This document shows, one piece after another, positions 29,387-38,828 of a stretch of DNA of 64,000 nt. Below the pieces are notes generated by a model. The model was not told the DNA's origin. It saw only the letters and a program-made list of their open reading frames with translations, and did no database searches. This DNA is from an uncultured virus (IMG/VR IMGVR_UViG_3300024343_000006) (lineage: Duplodnaviria; Heunggongvirae; Uroviricota; Caudoviricetes). Positions within the stretch are counted from its first letter, which is position 1. Every line of letters starts with the position of its first letter. The position numbers and the translations under genes are program-made. The DNA is taken from the IMG/VR virus record IMGVR_UViG_3300024343_000006, one strand, 5' to 3'.

Positions 29387-29410
29387 TTTAGGGGTCTTCG
29401 GATCCCTAAA
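29387..29410 (+). terminator. 10-bp UUCG hairpin ending the hsp20 unit
   Basis: TTTAGGGGTC-TTCG-GATCCCTAAA. Confidence 0.65.
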
Positions 29411-29418
29411 TAATTTGT

Positions 29419-29628
29419 ATGATGAAAGCCAAATTAACACCAAACCTAATCTCATTCTTCTTAGTTAGAAGAGGGAGTTGGCTTCTCAAAGTATCAGTCT
29501 TTAAACATAAGCAGATCATGGTGATTGCTCAAAATGTTTACGAACAAGACCGAACGATTGTTCAGGTTTTCCCGAACGAAACCCTCGCTGCAAACTTCAT
29601 TGAATTCCTAGTTTCAGAGGACGTTTAG
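29419..29628 (+). CDS. Hypothetical protein
   Basis: 69-aa ORF after a TAAATA motif. Confidence 0.55.
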   Translation: MMKAKLTPNLISFFLVRRGSWLLKVSVFKHKQIMVIAQNVYEQDRTIVQVFPNETLAANFIEFLVSEDV

Positions 29629-29631
29629 ACA

Positions 29632-29716
29632 CCCCTAGAGCCTTCCTAGCGTCTAAGTCGGGGCTAAACCCTTCCCTAGCGTCCTAGAGCCTTCTAGCCC
29701 TTCCTAGGGGCTAAAA
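29632..29716. repeat. CTAG-rich patch of interleaved short direct repeats
   Basis: CCTAGAGCCTTC x2, CCTAGCGTC x2, CCTTCCTAG x2, GGGGCTAAA x2; six CTAG in about 75 bp. Confidence 0.75.
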
Positions 29717-29727
29717 AATCCCTTATA

Positions 29728-29836
29728 AATCAACAACTTACAAAAAGTAAACCTTTAGGCTTACTCTCGGATAACCACACCCACAGTAGGGGATTGCAAA
29801 ATACTTGTTGCCTTTAATGCAGTTTTGGACGATAAT
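29728..29836 (+). promoter_or_regulatory. Early promoter cassette 3: inverted IHF-like box + GTAGGGGA half-site + promoter
   Basis: AATCAACAACTTA (29728-40); GTAGGGGA (29786-93); TTGCCT-17-GATAAT (29808-36). Confidence 0.65.
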
Positions 29837-29866
29837 AGATCTTATGATGAATCGAAAAGGAACTTT

Positions 29867-30082
29867 ATGATGAATGTGATCTACAAATCCAAAGCCCAGT
29901 TGGCTAAAGAAACCGAAAAGCAAGTCAAAGCATTCTTGCGCAAAGGTGGCTCGATTGAGATTGTAAAATCTCGCAAAGCACCAAAGCAGAAAATGCGTGG
30001 TAAAGTTTCACGTGGGTTCGTGCAGGGCACTTCTGGTTTTCCTGCTGGTGCTCCACGCAAGTCTACATTCAGTTTGATTTAA
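29867..30082 (+). CDS. Small basic early protein
   Basis: SD AAGGA; VKAFLRKGGSIEIV. Confidence 0.65.
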   Translation: MMNVIYKSKAQLAKETEKQVKAFLRKGGSIEIVKSRKAPKQKMRGKVSRGFVQGTSGFPAGAPRKSTFSLI

Positions 30083-30095
30083 TCAGGAGATCGAT

Positions 30096-30458
30096 ATGCT
30101 ATCATGGGAAGAAATGTCTGAGTTGGAACAAGCACAATGCCAGTATTGGGATATGTACAAGGATGCCTATGGTGTGCGTCCTCGTGGTATCGATACCAGC
30201 ATGTGGACGCTGAAAGACTTTGAAGCTGAGTTTATTCAGTTGGGTCATGTTATTATGCTTGAAGAAATTGCTCGCAAAGAATCCGAAGCCAAAGCCATCA
30301 TTGAGTTTGAAGATCGTGTACTCAATCTCATGCACACTGGCACTAATCGTGAACGTGTCATTGCATGGTTGATGGATGCTGAAGGTGCTAATGGCGACCA
30401 TGAGTATTTCTGTTTCACGCAGGGTCTCCCTTATGGTTACTTCAGGAAAACCGCATGA
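30096..30458 (+). CDS. Conserved hypothetical early phage protein
   Basis: SD AGGAG; YWDMYKDAYGVRPRG. Confidence 0.7.
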   Translation: MLSWEEMSELEQAQCQYWDMYKDAYGVRPRGIDTSMWTLKDFEAEFIQLGHVIMLEEIARKESEAKAIIEFEDRVLNLMHTGTNRERVIAWLMDAEGANGDHEYFCFTQGLPYGYFRKTA

Positions 30459-30643
30459 GAGTTTTCCAAGAGACAACTCCAGATTGGGTTGGGAATGTAT
30501 CCAACCACATCTATTATTTGACTGATGATAAATCAAAGATGGTTGCCTTCTATAATGTGGACACTGGTGTAGTGAAGAAATTCATTAAGCCAATTCGTTT
30601 TGATATGAGATATAGAAAATTTAAGGAACTGAAACACAAATGA
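30455..30643 (+). CDS. Hypothetical protein
   Basis: 62 aa, coupled to both neighbours. Confidence 0.65.
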   Translation: MRVFQETTPDWVGNVSNHIYYLTDDKSKMVAFYNVDTGVVKKFIKPIRFDMRYRKFKELKHK

Positions 30644-31944
30644 ATATTAATAAATTTTTAGATGGTTTAGCAGCAAATGCCTCACGCAACTTCAAAATCG
30701 AGCAACTAAACGCTAACAGCGATAACGAAGTTTTGCGTGAGGTCATTCGCTTGGCTCTGGATCCATTCACTCAATTCTATCAACGCAAGATTCCTGAGTA
30801 CACCACAGACAAACATCAAACAAGTCTTGATCAAGCCATGCTTGCATTGTATGACTTGAAAGAAAGAGTCGTGACTGGTAATGCAGCAATTGAATATCTC
30901 CGTATGCTTCTCTCATCCGTATCAGCTGATGATGCTAAGGTACTGGAAAGAATCATCTCCAAAGATTTGAAGTGTGGTGTTGATGTATCTACTGCCAACA
31001 AAGTTTGGTCTGGTTTGATTCCTGAATACCCATGCATGTTATGCAGTCCATTCGAACAGAAGTTGGTTGACAAGATTAAATTCCCAGCCTACGCACAAAT
31101 GAAGATGGATGGCATGCGCTTCAACGCAATCGTCAGAGATGGTAAGTGTGAATTTAGGAGTAGAAATGGAAAAGAAATTTTACTACTTGGCAATTTGGAG
31201 CAAGAATTTATTTCTCTTGCTGGTTCTATTGATTGTGTTTTTGATGGTGAACTACTTGTAATGCTTGAGGGTGACCACCAATTTGCTGACAGGCAGACTG
31301 GTAATGGCATCTTGAACAAAGCAAACAAAGGCACAATCTCTGCCAAAGAAGCAGCACTGGTTCATGCAACTGTTTGGGATTTAATTCCTTACGTACAATT
31401 CATTGATGGATACTGTGGAAGTCCATACTCAAAACGATACTCTACACTGCAGGCAATTGTTGCCAAACAAAAGTCAGATGGGAGGAAGATCTGGAATGTG
31501 ACATCAACCATTGTGGAAACTCTGGAAGAAGCACAAGAGATTTTCCAAGGTTATCTTGCAGAAGGATTTGAAGGTATCATTCTTAAGGATGGTGCTGGTG
31601 TTTGGGAAGACAAACGAAGCAAGACTCAGATTAAATTTAAGGGAGAACTTGAATGCGATCTTAAGATTGTTGCAGTCGAAGAAGGTAAAGGTAAAGCAGT
31701 AGGTATGCTTGGTGCAATTATATGTGAGTCTGCAGATGGAATTGTAAAGGTAAATGTAGGATCTGGTTTCAATGATGCACAACGAAAGCAATATTGGAAA
31801 GAAAATTTAGTTGACAAAATCGTGGCAGTGAAGTATAATAGTCGTATCAAGAATAAGGCTGGAGAAGACTCATTGTTTCTTCCAGTGTTCATTGAAATTC
31901 GTAATGATAAAGATATCGCAGATAAATCAAAGGATATAAAATGA
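30640..31944 (+). CDS. gp30: ATP-dependent DNA ligase
   Basis: KMDGMR, FDGEL, EGIILK, SLFLPVF. Confidence 0.95.
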   Translation: MNINKFLDGLAANASRNFKIEQLNANSDNEVLREVIRLALDPFTQFYQRKIPEYTTDKHQTSLDQAMLALYDLKERVVTGNAAIEYLRMLLSSVSADDAKVLERIISKDLKCGVDVSTANKVWSGLIPEYPCMLCSPFEQKLVDKIKFPAYAQMKMDGMRFNAIVRDGKCEFRSRNGKEILLLGNLEQEFISLAGSIDCVFDGELLVMLEGDHQFADRQTGNGILNKANKGTISAKEAALVHATVWDLIPYVQFIDGYCGSPYSKRYSTLQAIVAKQKSDGRKIWNVTSTIVETLEEAQEIFQGYLAEGFEGIILKDGAGVWEDKRSKTQIKFKGELECDLKIVAVEEGKGKAVGMLGAIICESADGIVKVNVGSGFNDAQRKQYWKENLVDKIVAVKYNSRIKNKAGEDSLFLPVFIEIRNDKDIADKSKDIK

Positions 31945-32312
31945 AAGTAGCAATCAATCGTTGTTTTGGTGGGTTCGGTATCTCGAATGAAGCATTCGAG
32001 AAGTTGCTCGAGCGTAAGGGTGTAGGATTTCAAAAAGTTCCAGCGAAGTTTAAATTCCGTGGTGATGATTTTGATTACTACAAAGCAGGTATTGAGCCAT
32101 GTGATGACACATATATCAGTGCGTATGATTATTATCAAGATCGTTCTGACCCAGACTTGATCGCAGTCATTGAAGAAATAAAAGACCAAGCAAATAGTTG
32201 GGCAGCAGAGATCGCTATTGTGGAAATTCCTGATGATGTTAAGTGGCACATCGATGAGTATGATGGTATGGAACATGTGGCTGAAGATCACCGAACTTGG
32301 TATGGAGATTAA
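31941..32312 (+). CDS. Conserved hypothetical phage protein
   Basis: KVAINRCFGGFGIS, RSDPDLIAVIEE, IDEYDGMEHV. Confidence 0.7.
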   Translation: MKVAINRCFGGFGISNEAFEKLLERKGVGFQKVPAKFKFRGDDFDYYKAGIEPCDDTYISAYDYYQDRSDPDLIAVIEEIKDQANSWAAEIAIVEIPDDVKWHIDEYDGMEHVAEDHRTWYGD

Positions 32313-32314
32313 TT

Positions 32315-32872
32315 ATGCGTAAAGAACTAGACGAAGCACTGTGTGCAAAGTATCCTCTGATCTTTAAAGATCGTCATGAGAATATGCAACACACCGCCAT
32401 GTGTTGGGGTTTCTCGCATGGTGATGGTTGGTATAATATCCTTGATGTTCTTTGCGGGATGTTGACTGGCGATTATCGTCAAGCGAAAAGTCGCTATGAA
32501 TCGATTAAAGATAAAGTTGGCCAACCAACATTTGGATTCAGAGATAATGGTGATCCAGTCGGTAAAATTGTCACTCAAGAACTGATTGATGAAGCCAAAG
32601 TAAAACTTGATGAAGAAACTGCAAAGGTTCCAGTGGCTTCTCAAGTAAAAGAAAAGTTCGGAGGACTTCGTTTCTATGTTAATGGAGCAACTGATAAGCA
32701 CTGGAATTATATTTCAATTGCTGAGAATTTTAGTTATCGCACATGTGAAGAATGCGGTAGTCCAGGTAAAACTTATACTGATGGTTGGCATCGTACTCTT
32801 TGCGATATCCATGCAGCGATGGCTGGTCGTACTGAAGAATATCAGTCTGATGAAGATGAAGGAGATGAATAA
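32315..32872 (+). CDS. Conserved hypothetical phage protein with Cys cluster
   Basis: QVKEKFGGLRFY, TCEECG...TLCDIH. Confidence 0.7.
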   Translation: MRKELDEALCAKYPLIFKDRHENMQHTAMCWGFSHGDGWYNILDVLCGMLTGDYRQAKSRYESIKDKVGQPTFGFRDNGDPVGKIVTQELIDEAKVKLDEETAKVPVASQVKEKFGGLRFYVNGATDKHWNYISIAENFSYRTCEECGSPGKTYTDGWHRTLCDIHAAMAGRTEEYQSDEDEGDE

Positions 32873-33240
32873 TGTTTTACGGTAAAGAAACTATTGAACA
32901 AAACTTTTCTCTCGTTCTAAACAAATTGGAAGAACAAGAATTGTTTTTGTTCGAACCAATGCCAAGTTACAAACTGAATGATAGATGGACTGACGAATTT
33001 CGTATTCGTGATGGACACACTAAACTTGCTGATGGCACTTGGGTTACTATACATAAAGTAACTACTTGGGTTGAGAAACTCAAGAAAGATACTACAGAGT
33101 TGTATGAACAAAATCAACAAACTAATCGTGAGTTGACTCTTGCTAAACGCAGGATCTATGAGATGGAATATGGATTGCGAGTTGCTGAGAAAGCATTGAA
33201 GAATTCACTGGCTTTAACTAAGGAGATGATTGATGAGTAA
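32872..33240 (+). CDS. Hypothetical protein
   Basis: Coupled ORF with C-terminal coiled coil. Confidence 0.6.
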   Translation: MFYGKETIEQNFSLVLNKLEEQELFLFEPMPSYKLNDRWTDEFRIRDGHTKLADGTWVTIHKVTTWVEKLKKDTTELYEQNQQTNRELTLAKRRIYEMEYGLRVAEKALKNSLALTKEMIDE

Positions 33241-33544
33241 ATTTGTTTTGGTTGATTGCATTGCACAGTATCGTATGCGTTACATTATCGAAGTACCAGA
33301 CAATCATAATGAGCAGGAGTATCCATGTTCGGCAGAGCAGTGGGCACTAGATACAGTAACATCTGAAGAAATGCAAGAATTTTCTCAGTTGTATCTTGGC
33401 GAAACTATTGTTAGTAGTCGTGAGATTACTAAAGAAGAAATTGTACCATTGTGCGATATTGATAATGAGTATTGCAAATCTTGGGATGACGACAAGAAGA
33501 TTAAAGTATTTGTAACTGAAGTTGGCTACAAAAGGGACTGGTAA
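33233..33544 (+). CDS. Hypothetical protein
   Basis: SD AAGGAG; coupled ORF. Confidence 0.6.
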   Translation: MSKFVLVDCIAQYRMRYIIEVPDNHNEQEYPCSAEQWALDTVTSEEMQEFSQLYLGETIVSSREITKEEIVPLCDIDNEYCKSWDDDKKIKVFVTEVGYKRDW

Positions 33545-34110
33545 TGTTTATGTTCGATGTGGAGACTCTAGGAGTAGAGTCTACCTGTGTAATTCTATCT
33601 GCTGCATTGATTCATTTTGATCCAGAGAAACGTCCAACCTACCAAGATCTATTGGACAATGCATGCTTTGTTAAGTTAAATGCCAAGGATCAGATTGAAC
33701 GATTAAAACGATCTGTTGATGTTGGAACACTTGAGTGGTGGAAGAACCAACACGAATATGTTCATAAAGTTTCGTTTAAACCTTCTGGTGACGATATGCT
33801 TGCTGAAGATGCTATCACTACATTGCATAACTATATGAACAAGGTTCCAAATGCTCAGAATCAAACAATGTGGGCACGTGGTTCTCTTGACCAAATGGCA
33901 ATTGATTCGCTGTCAACTAGAGTTGACATGCAAGTACTTACAGGATATGCTATGTGGAGAGATGTTCGAACAGCAGTAGATATCCTTTATGGAACTACAA
34001 ATGGTTACTGCGAGATTGATCATCCTTTGTTCAACCGAACTGATGTGATTAAACATCATCCTGTTCATGACTGCGCATTAGATGCTATGATGTTGATGTA
34101 TGGTAAATGA
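33544..34110 (+). CDS. DEDDh 3'-5' exonuclease (DexA-like)
   Basis: FDVETLG, WARGSLD, RDVRT, HHPVHDCALD. Confidence 0.85.
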   Translation: MFMFDVETLGVESTCVILSAALIHFDPEKRPTYQDLLDNACFVKLNAKDQIERLKRSVDVGTLEWWKNQHEYVHKVSFKPSGDDMLAEDAITTLHNYMNKVPNAQNQTMWARGSLDQMAIDSLSTRVDMQVLTGYAMWRDVRTAVDILYGTTNGYCEIDHPLFNRTDVIKHHPVHDCALDAMMLMYGK

Positions 34111-34399
34111 TATAGTATTCCAAACATATGATTATATCATTGGTGGAAAGATGGTGGTTGGTCGTGCCAGAATGTCTTACGAATGGAAGACTCTATTGGA
34201 AGATGGAGATCCAGACGCCAGAGACAAGCTGAAGTCTGAGTTAATCCATCAGATGGCAGAGTTTATGCTTGAGAATAATTTGGTAGAATTTACTTATTAT
34301 GATAATCCAATAGACCTATCAAGACAAGTCGCAGTTAGAGCATACCTCGCCCCAAGTGATCAAGTTAAAATTTTAAGAATGGCAAATAAAATATTATGA
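34100..34399 (+). CDS. Hypothetical protein
   Basis: Coupled ORF. Confidence 0.55.
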   Translation: MVNDIVFQTYDYIIGGKMVVGRARMSYEWKTLLEDGDPDARDKLKSELIHQMAEFMLENNLVEFTYYDNPIDLSRQVAVRAYLAPSDQVKILRMANKIL

Positions 34400-34620
34400 C
34401 ACAAGAAATAACTTTACATCGTGATGCTTTAGAAAAGATTCTCAAACTCGTAGATGAACTTAACCCAAATGCAAGCCTTAGAGTTAGTGCTGGTTATGTA
34501 ACAATCTATTCTGATCAATCCTCTGGTATTGGTCAACTTATTGATGCTGAAGTAGACGTTGAACTCAATGGTCTTTACGGTAAGTTTAAACAACGAATTG
34601 TAGATGAGGGTAGCTGGTAA
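34396..34620 (+). CDS. Hypothetical protein
   Basis: Coupled ORF before gp43. Confidence 0.55.
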   Translation: MTQEITLHRDALEKILKLVDELNPNASLRVSAGYVTIYSDQSSGIGQLIDAEVDVELNGLYGKFKQRIVDEGSW

Positions 34621-37103
34621 TGGAATTTTATACATCGGTTCATCCGATTGGAGACAAGATCTATATTCGAGGTTATGAAAAGGGGAAACCTTACAAACGT
34701 AAACTAGATTTCCAACCAACATTTTATGTAACATCAAACAAACCCTCCAAGTGGAAAACACTGGAGGGAATTTTCGTTGATGAAATTAAACCTGGATCCA
34801 TTCGAGATGCTCGAGACTTCGTCAAACGATATGATGAGGTAGAAGGCTTTGCTGTTTATGGTAATACCAACTATGCATATCAGTATATCAGTGACAACTA
34901 TGACACTGTTAACTGGGACATGGAACAGATCAAAGTATTTACAATTGACATTGAAACTTCTACAGAGAATGGTTTCCCAGATGTTCGTCTTGCCAATGAA
35001 GAAGTTCTTCTAATCACCATCAAAGATCTACAGTCAAAGCGCATTATCACTTTTGGTTCTAAACCATTCGTGCATAATCGTGACGATGTAGTCTATATCA
35101 CTTGTCGTGATGAACAACATTTGCTAAAAGAGTTTATGCTTTTCTGGCAAGACAATTATCCAGATGTTGTCACTGGTTGGAATACCGACTTCTTCGATAT
35201 GCCATATCTTATTCGTAGGATTGATCGTGAACTTGGTGCAGATGTTTCTAAGAAAATTTCTCCATGGGGCATGATCAATGAGAGAAAGACATTCATTAAA
35301 GGTAATGAAGAACTTCATTACGATATCATTGGCATCTCTCAGCTAGATTATCTTGAACTCTACAAGAAGTATACCTATTCAAAACAGGAATCATATCGCC
35401 TCGACTATATCGCTGAGCAAGAACTTGCTGACAAAAAGAAACCGAATCCTGGAGTTGACTTCAAAGATTTCTATACTAACTATTGGCAAGCATTTGTTGA
35501 GTATAACATCCATGACGTAGAGTTGGTTGACAAACTCGAAGACAAGATGCGACTTTTAGAGTTGCACCTGACCATGGCGTATGCTGCAAAGATTAATCCA
35601 GAAGATGTTTACTCACAGGTTCGTATGTGGGATACTATCATCTATAATCATTTACGTGCTCGTCATATTGTCATTCCTGCTAAAACACACTCTGGTAAAG
35701 ATGCACAATTTGAAGGTGCGTATGTTAAAGATCCACTTGTTGGTATGCATAAGTGGGTGGCTTCCTTTGACTTGAACTCATTGTACCCGCATTTGATCAT
35801 GCAATACAACATCAGCCCAGAGACTTTAACGTCTGAGAAGATGCCAGTCAATGTAGAGAAGTTGCTTAACAAAGAGATTGATCTTTCGTATGCAAAGCAA
35901 CGAGATCTTTGTGTCACTGCGAATGGATGGACTTACACTAAAGAAGTCAAAGGGTTCATGCCTGAGTTGATGGAGAAGATGTATACTGACCGAAGCAAGT
36001 TTAAGAAACAGATGCTAAAGGTTCAACAGGAATACGAGAAAGACAAAACAAAGAAACATTTGTTGAAGGATATCTCTCGCTTAAACAATCTGCAGATGGC
36101 GATGAAGATTGCATTGAACTCTGCTTATGGTGCCATGGGTAATCAGTACTTCCGCTATTTCGATATTCGTATGGCTGAAGGAATTACTACTTCTGGTCAG
36201 TTGTCTATTCGTTGGATGGCTAATAAGTTGAATGCATTCCTTAACAAGACTTTAAAGACCGAAGGTAAAGATTTTGTTATTGCGATTGACACTGACTCGA
36301 TCTATCTAACTCTTGAAGAACTTGTTGAACGAACCTGTGAAGGTAAGACAACAGAACAAAAGATCAAGTTTATGGATAAGATCTGCGAAGATGTTTTCCA
36401 ACCATTCATTGATTCAGGTTACCAAGAGTTGGCTGATTATATGAATGCATATAGTCAAAAGATGCAGATGAAGCGAGAGGTTCTTGCTGACAAGGCAATC
36501 TGGACTGCCAAGAAACGCTATGTTATTAATGTTCATAATTCAGAAGGTGTACAGTATGAGAAGCCTAAGATCAAAGTTATGGGTTTGGAAATGGTCAAGT
36601 CGAGTACACCTGCTGTTATTCGTGACAAACTCAAAGATTCGTTACAAGTTATTCTCTCGGGAGATGAAAAGAAACTACACACGTATGTCACAGAGTTTAA
36701 AAAAGAGTTTGTCAAATTACCGATCGAAGACATAGCATTCCCACGTGGTGTTAATGGTATGAAGCAGTATGCAGGTTCTCCGATTTATACAAAGGGAACT
36801 CCAATCCATGTTCGTGGTTCTTTGTTGTATAATCACTATACTAAAAAGATGGGACTAGATAAAAAGTACCAAGCGATTCGAGATGGTGATAAGATCAAGT
36901 TTGTTTATGTTCAAAAACCAAATCCATTACAAGAAGATATCATTGCATTCCCGCAACAACTTCCAAAGGAACTTGGATTGGAATCATACATAGATTATGA
37001 CAAACAGTTCGAGAAAGTATTCTTGGACGCACTTCAAATTGTAATCGAACCATTGGGTTGGAAGACTCAAGAACAAAGTTCATTGGAGAACTTTTTTGGC
37101 TGA
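34620..37103 (+). CDS. gp43: Family B DNA polymerase
   Basis: IDIET, SFDLNSLYP, KIALNSAYG, IDTDS, KKRY; uninterrupted. Confidence 0.98.
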   Translation: MEFYTSVHPIGDKIYIRGYEKGKPYKRKLDFQPTFYVTSNKPSKWKTLEGIFVDEIKPGSIRDARDFVKRYDEVEGFAVYGNTNYAYQYISDNYDTVNWDMEQIKVFTIDIETSTENGFPDVRLANEEVLLITIKDLQSKRIITFGSKPFVHNRDDVVYITCRDEQHLLKEFMLFWQDNYPDVVTGWNTDFFDMPYLIRRIDRELGADVSKKISPWGMINERKTFIKGNEELHYDIIGISQLDYLELYKKYTYSKQESYRLDYIAEQELADKKKPNPGVDFKDFYTNYWQAFVEYNIHDVELVDKLEDKMRLLELHLTMAYAAKINPEDVYSQVRMWDTIIYNHLRARHIVIPAKTHSGKDAQFEGAYVKDPLVGMHKWVASFDLNSLYPHLIMQYNISPETLTSEKMPVNVEKLLNKEIDLSYAKQRDLCVTANGWTYTKEVKGFMPELMEKMYTDRSKFKKQMLKVQQEYEKDKTKKHLLKDISRLNNLQMAMKIALNSAYGAMGNQYFRYFDIRMAEGITTSGQLSIRWMANKLNAFLNKTLKTEGKDFVIAIDTDSIYLTLEELVERTCEGKTTEQKIKFMDKICEDVFQPFIDSGYQELADYMNAYSQKMQMKREVLADKAIWTAKKRYVINVHNSEGVQYEKPKIKVMGLEMVKSSTPAVIRDKLKDSLQVILSGDEKKLHTYVTEFKKEFVKLPIEDIAFPRGVNGMKQYAGSPIYTKGTPIHVRGSLLYNHYTKKMGLDKKYQAIRDGDKIKFVYVQKPNPLQEDIIAFPQQLPKELGLESYIDYDKQFEKVFLDALQIVIEPLGWKTQEQSSLENFFG

Positions 37104-37716
37104 ACATTCATACTACCCACTAGTAAACATACAAGACAGACGTGTAGTTCTTTCTGTTGATGACTTCTTTGATTTAAAGGAACTTGATTATATTAGAAGT
37201 TGCTTAAACACAGAGAAGCCAACTGCTGCTATTGTTGGATATACTGATCCAAAGAATGTAGAAGACTACGAAAAGATGGTCAAGAAAGCACACGAACGTA
37301 GAAAGTCTAATGTATGTTTCTTGGACTTCTTTGAATATGAGTTTTTCTATAAAAAGTTATGTACAGCAATTCACCATGTAAACCTTACTAATTTTAACAA
37401 AGTTTTATATGGTATAGAAGCATTACAGTTTGCAGAGTATGATTCTTTGTATGAAGGATTTTATGGAGTCCATCCAGATGCTGTAAATACAGATAATGCA
37501 TTAACAAGATCGTTATCATTTTCTATGCAGATGTCTAAACCAGAAGAGTATGAAGGTGGTGAAGTTCTAGTCTATGATGGTAATACTACATATACAGCAA
37601 ACAAGAAATATGGATCAATTACATTCTTTGATTCTAGAATGTTACACGAAGTCACTCCTGTCACCAGTGGCTTTAGAAGAAGTATAGTTGGATGGATTCT
37701 TGGACCAAGAGTATGA
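37096..37716 (+). CDS. 2OG-Fe(II) oxygenase (PKHD/prolyl-hydroxylase-like); start uncertain
   Basis: HPD...YEGGE...LHEVTPVTSGFRRSIVGW. Confidence 0.85.
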   Translation: MAEHSYYPLVNIQDRRVVLSVDDFFDLKELDYIRSCLNTEKPTAAIVGYTDPKNVEDYEKMVKKAHERRKSNVCFLDFFEYEFFYKKLCTAIHHVNLTNFNKVLYGIEALQFAEYDSLYEGFYGVHPDAVNTDNALTRSLSFSMQMSKPEEYEGGEVLVYDGNTTYTANKKYGSITFFDSRMLHEVTPVTSGFRRSIVGWILGPRV

Positions 37717-38261
37717 GCAACATTAGAATAATTAAAACTGGAATCAATGTTTCAAAGATATTGAAGCAACTTCAACAACATCCAACTGACTGGGATCATC
37801 AAAAACGAATTGAGGATATCGGTGACTCAACTCAATCTGGATGGAAATTTGCGCCAGTTGGTACACTGCAATTAGTCATGGGAGGTGTTACAAACAAAGA
37901 CGAATTTGTTGGTAACACTGAGATATGTATATCAACCAGAGCGATTGCTAATCATACAGAAGTTGTAGGATTCATGAGAAGAAATTTTAAGAAATTTAGT
38001 CGTTGTGGATTCCTAGCATTGCCAGTTGGTGAACGTGTAGAAAAACATATTGATCATGGGACTTATTATCTTACAAGAGATCGATACCATCTATCAATCC
38101 AAGGTACGTATAGATACTTTTGCGGTGATGAATATGTAGATGTTGAACCTGGAACTTTGCTCTGGTTCAATAATAAACTTATGCATGGAACTGAAAACAC
38201 AGGTGACTGTACACGAATTACATTTGTGTTCGATGTACCACACTCTAAGTCTAATCCATAG
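37713..38261 (+). CDS. Aspartyl/asparaginyl beta-hydroxylase-like 2OG oxygenase
   Basis: HIDHGTYY..RDRYHL, WFNNKLMHG, RITFVFD. Confidence 0.8.
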   Translation: MSNIRIIKTGINVSKILKQLQQHPTDWDHQKRIEDIGDSTQSGWKFAPVGTLQLVMGGVTNKDEFVGNTEICISTRAIANHTEVVGFMRRNFKKFSRCGFLALPVGERVEKHIDHGTYYLTRDRYHLSIQGTYRYFCGDEYVDVEPGTLLWFNNKLMHGTENTGDCTRITFVFDVPHSKSNP

Positions 38262-38290
38262 TTGTCTTGTAATTATACATAGAGTATAAT
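38262..38290 (+). promoter_or_regulatory. Sigma70-like promoter for groES-trx-uvsX-gp41
   Basis: TTGTCT-17bp-TATAAT. Confidence 0.8.
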
Positions 38291-38308
38291 ATAATTTTAG
38301 GAGAATAA

Positions 38309-38575
38309 ATGATAGTTAAGCCATTGAAGAAAAAAGTTCTTGTTGCAGAGAATAAAGTAGATCAAACCACTGAAGCAGGAATCATCTTAGATGGTACTAC
38401 ATCTGCACGAGATTCCAAACAGGGAACAGTCCTTGCAATTGGACCAGATGTAACCATGGTAGAAGTTGGAGATAAAGTTTACATCGAATGGAATAAAGCC
38501 CAAGTCGTTAAAATTGGTGACGCACAGCGAGTCATTATCGATGAGGAAAACATTGTTGCTGTTGTGGAGAAATAA
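38309..38575 (+). CDS. groES: Co-chaperonin GroES-like
   Basis: KPLKKKVLV, TEAGIIL, GTVLAIGP, VGDKV. Confidence 0.88.
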   Translation: MIVKPLKKKVLVAENKVDQTTEAGIILDGTTSARDSKQGTVLAIGPDVTMVEVGDKVYIEWNKAQVVKIGDAQRVIIDEENIVAVVEK

Positions 38576-38827
38576 ATGAAGGTTCTTAAATTTTATGCTG
38601 AATGGTGTGGTCCATGCAAAGGATTGACAATGGTGATCAAAGGTGCTGGTGATAAAGTTACAGTTCCAGTTGAAGACGTAAACATTGATGAAAATCTTAT
38701 GATGGCGCAAGACTTTAATATTCGATCTGTTCCAACTATGGTTCTAGTAGACAAAGAAGAAAAGGAATTAAAGCGTGTTGTTGGATCATTGTCTGAAACA
38801 CAGTTGTTAGAATTTCTAAAGGTATAA
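38576..38827 (+). CDS. trxA: Thioredoxin
   Basis: WCGPC, IRSVPT. Confidence 0.93.
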   Translation: MKVLKFYAEWCGPCKGLTMVIKGAGDKVTVPVEDVNIDENLMMAQDFNIRSVPTMVLVDKEEKELKRVVGSLSETQLLEFLKV

Positions 38828-38828
38828 T

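Noticed and set aside
29632..29716. Mini CRISPR array
   Set aside because: Repeats are 9-12 nt, interleaved and lack regular unique spacers; no cas genes.
34620..37103. Introns or inteins in gp43 (also considered for gp41, nrdA, nrdB, gp20, gp23)
   Set aside because: Lengths and motif spacing are normal; no splicing or homing-nuclease insertions seen.
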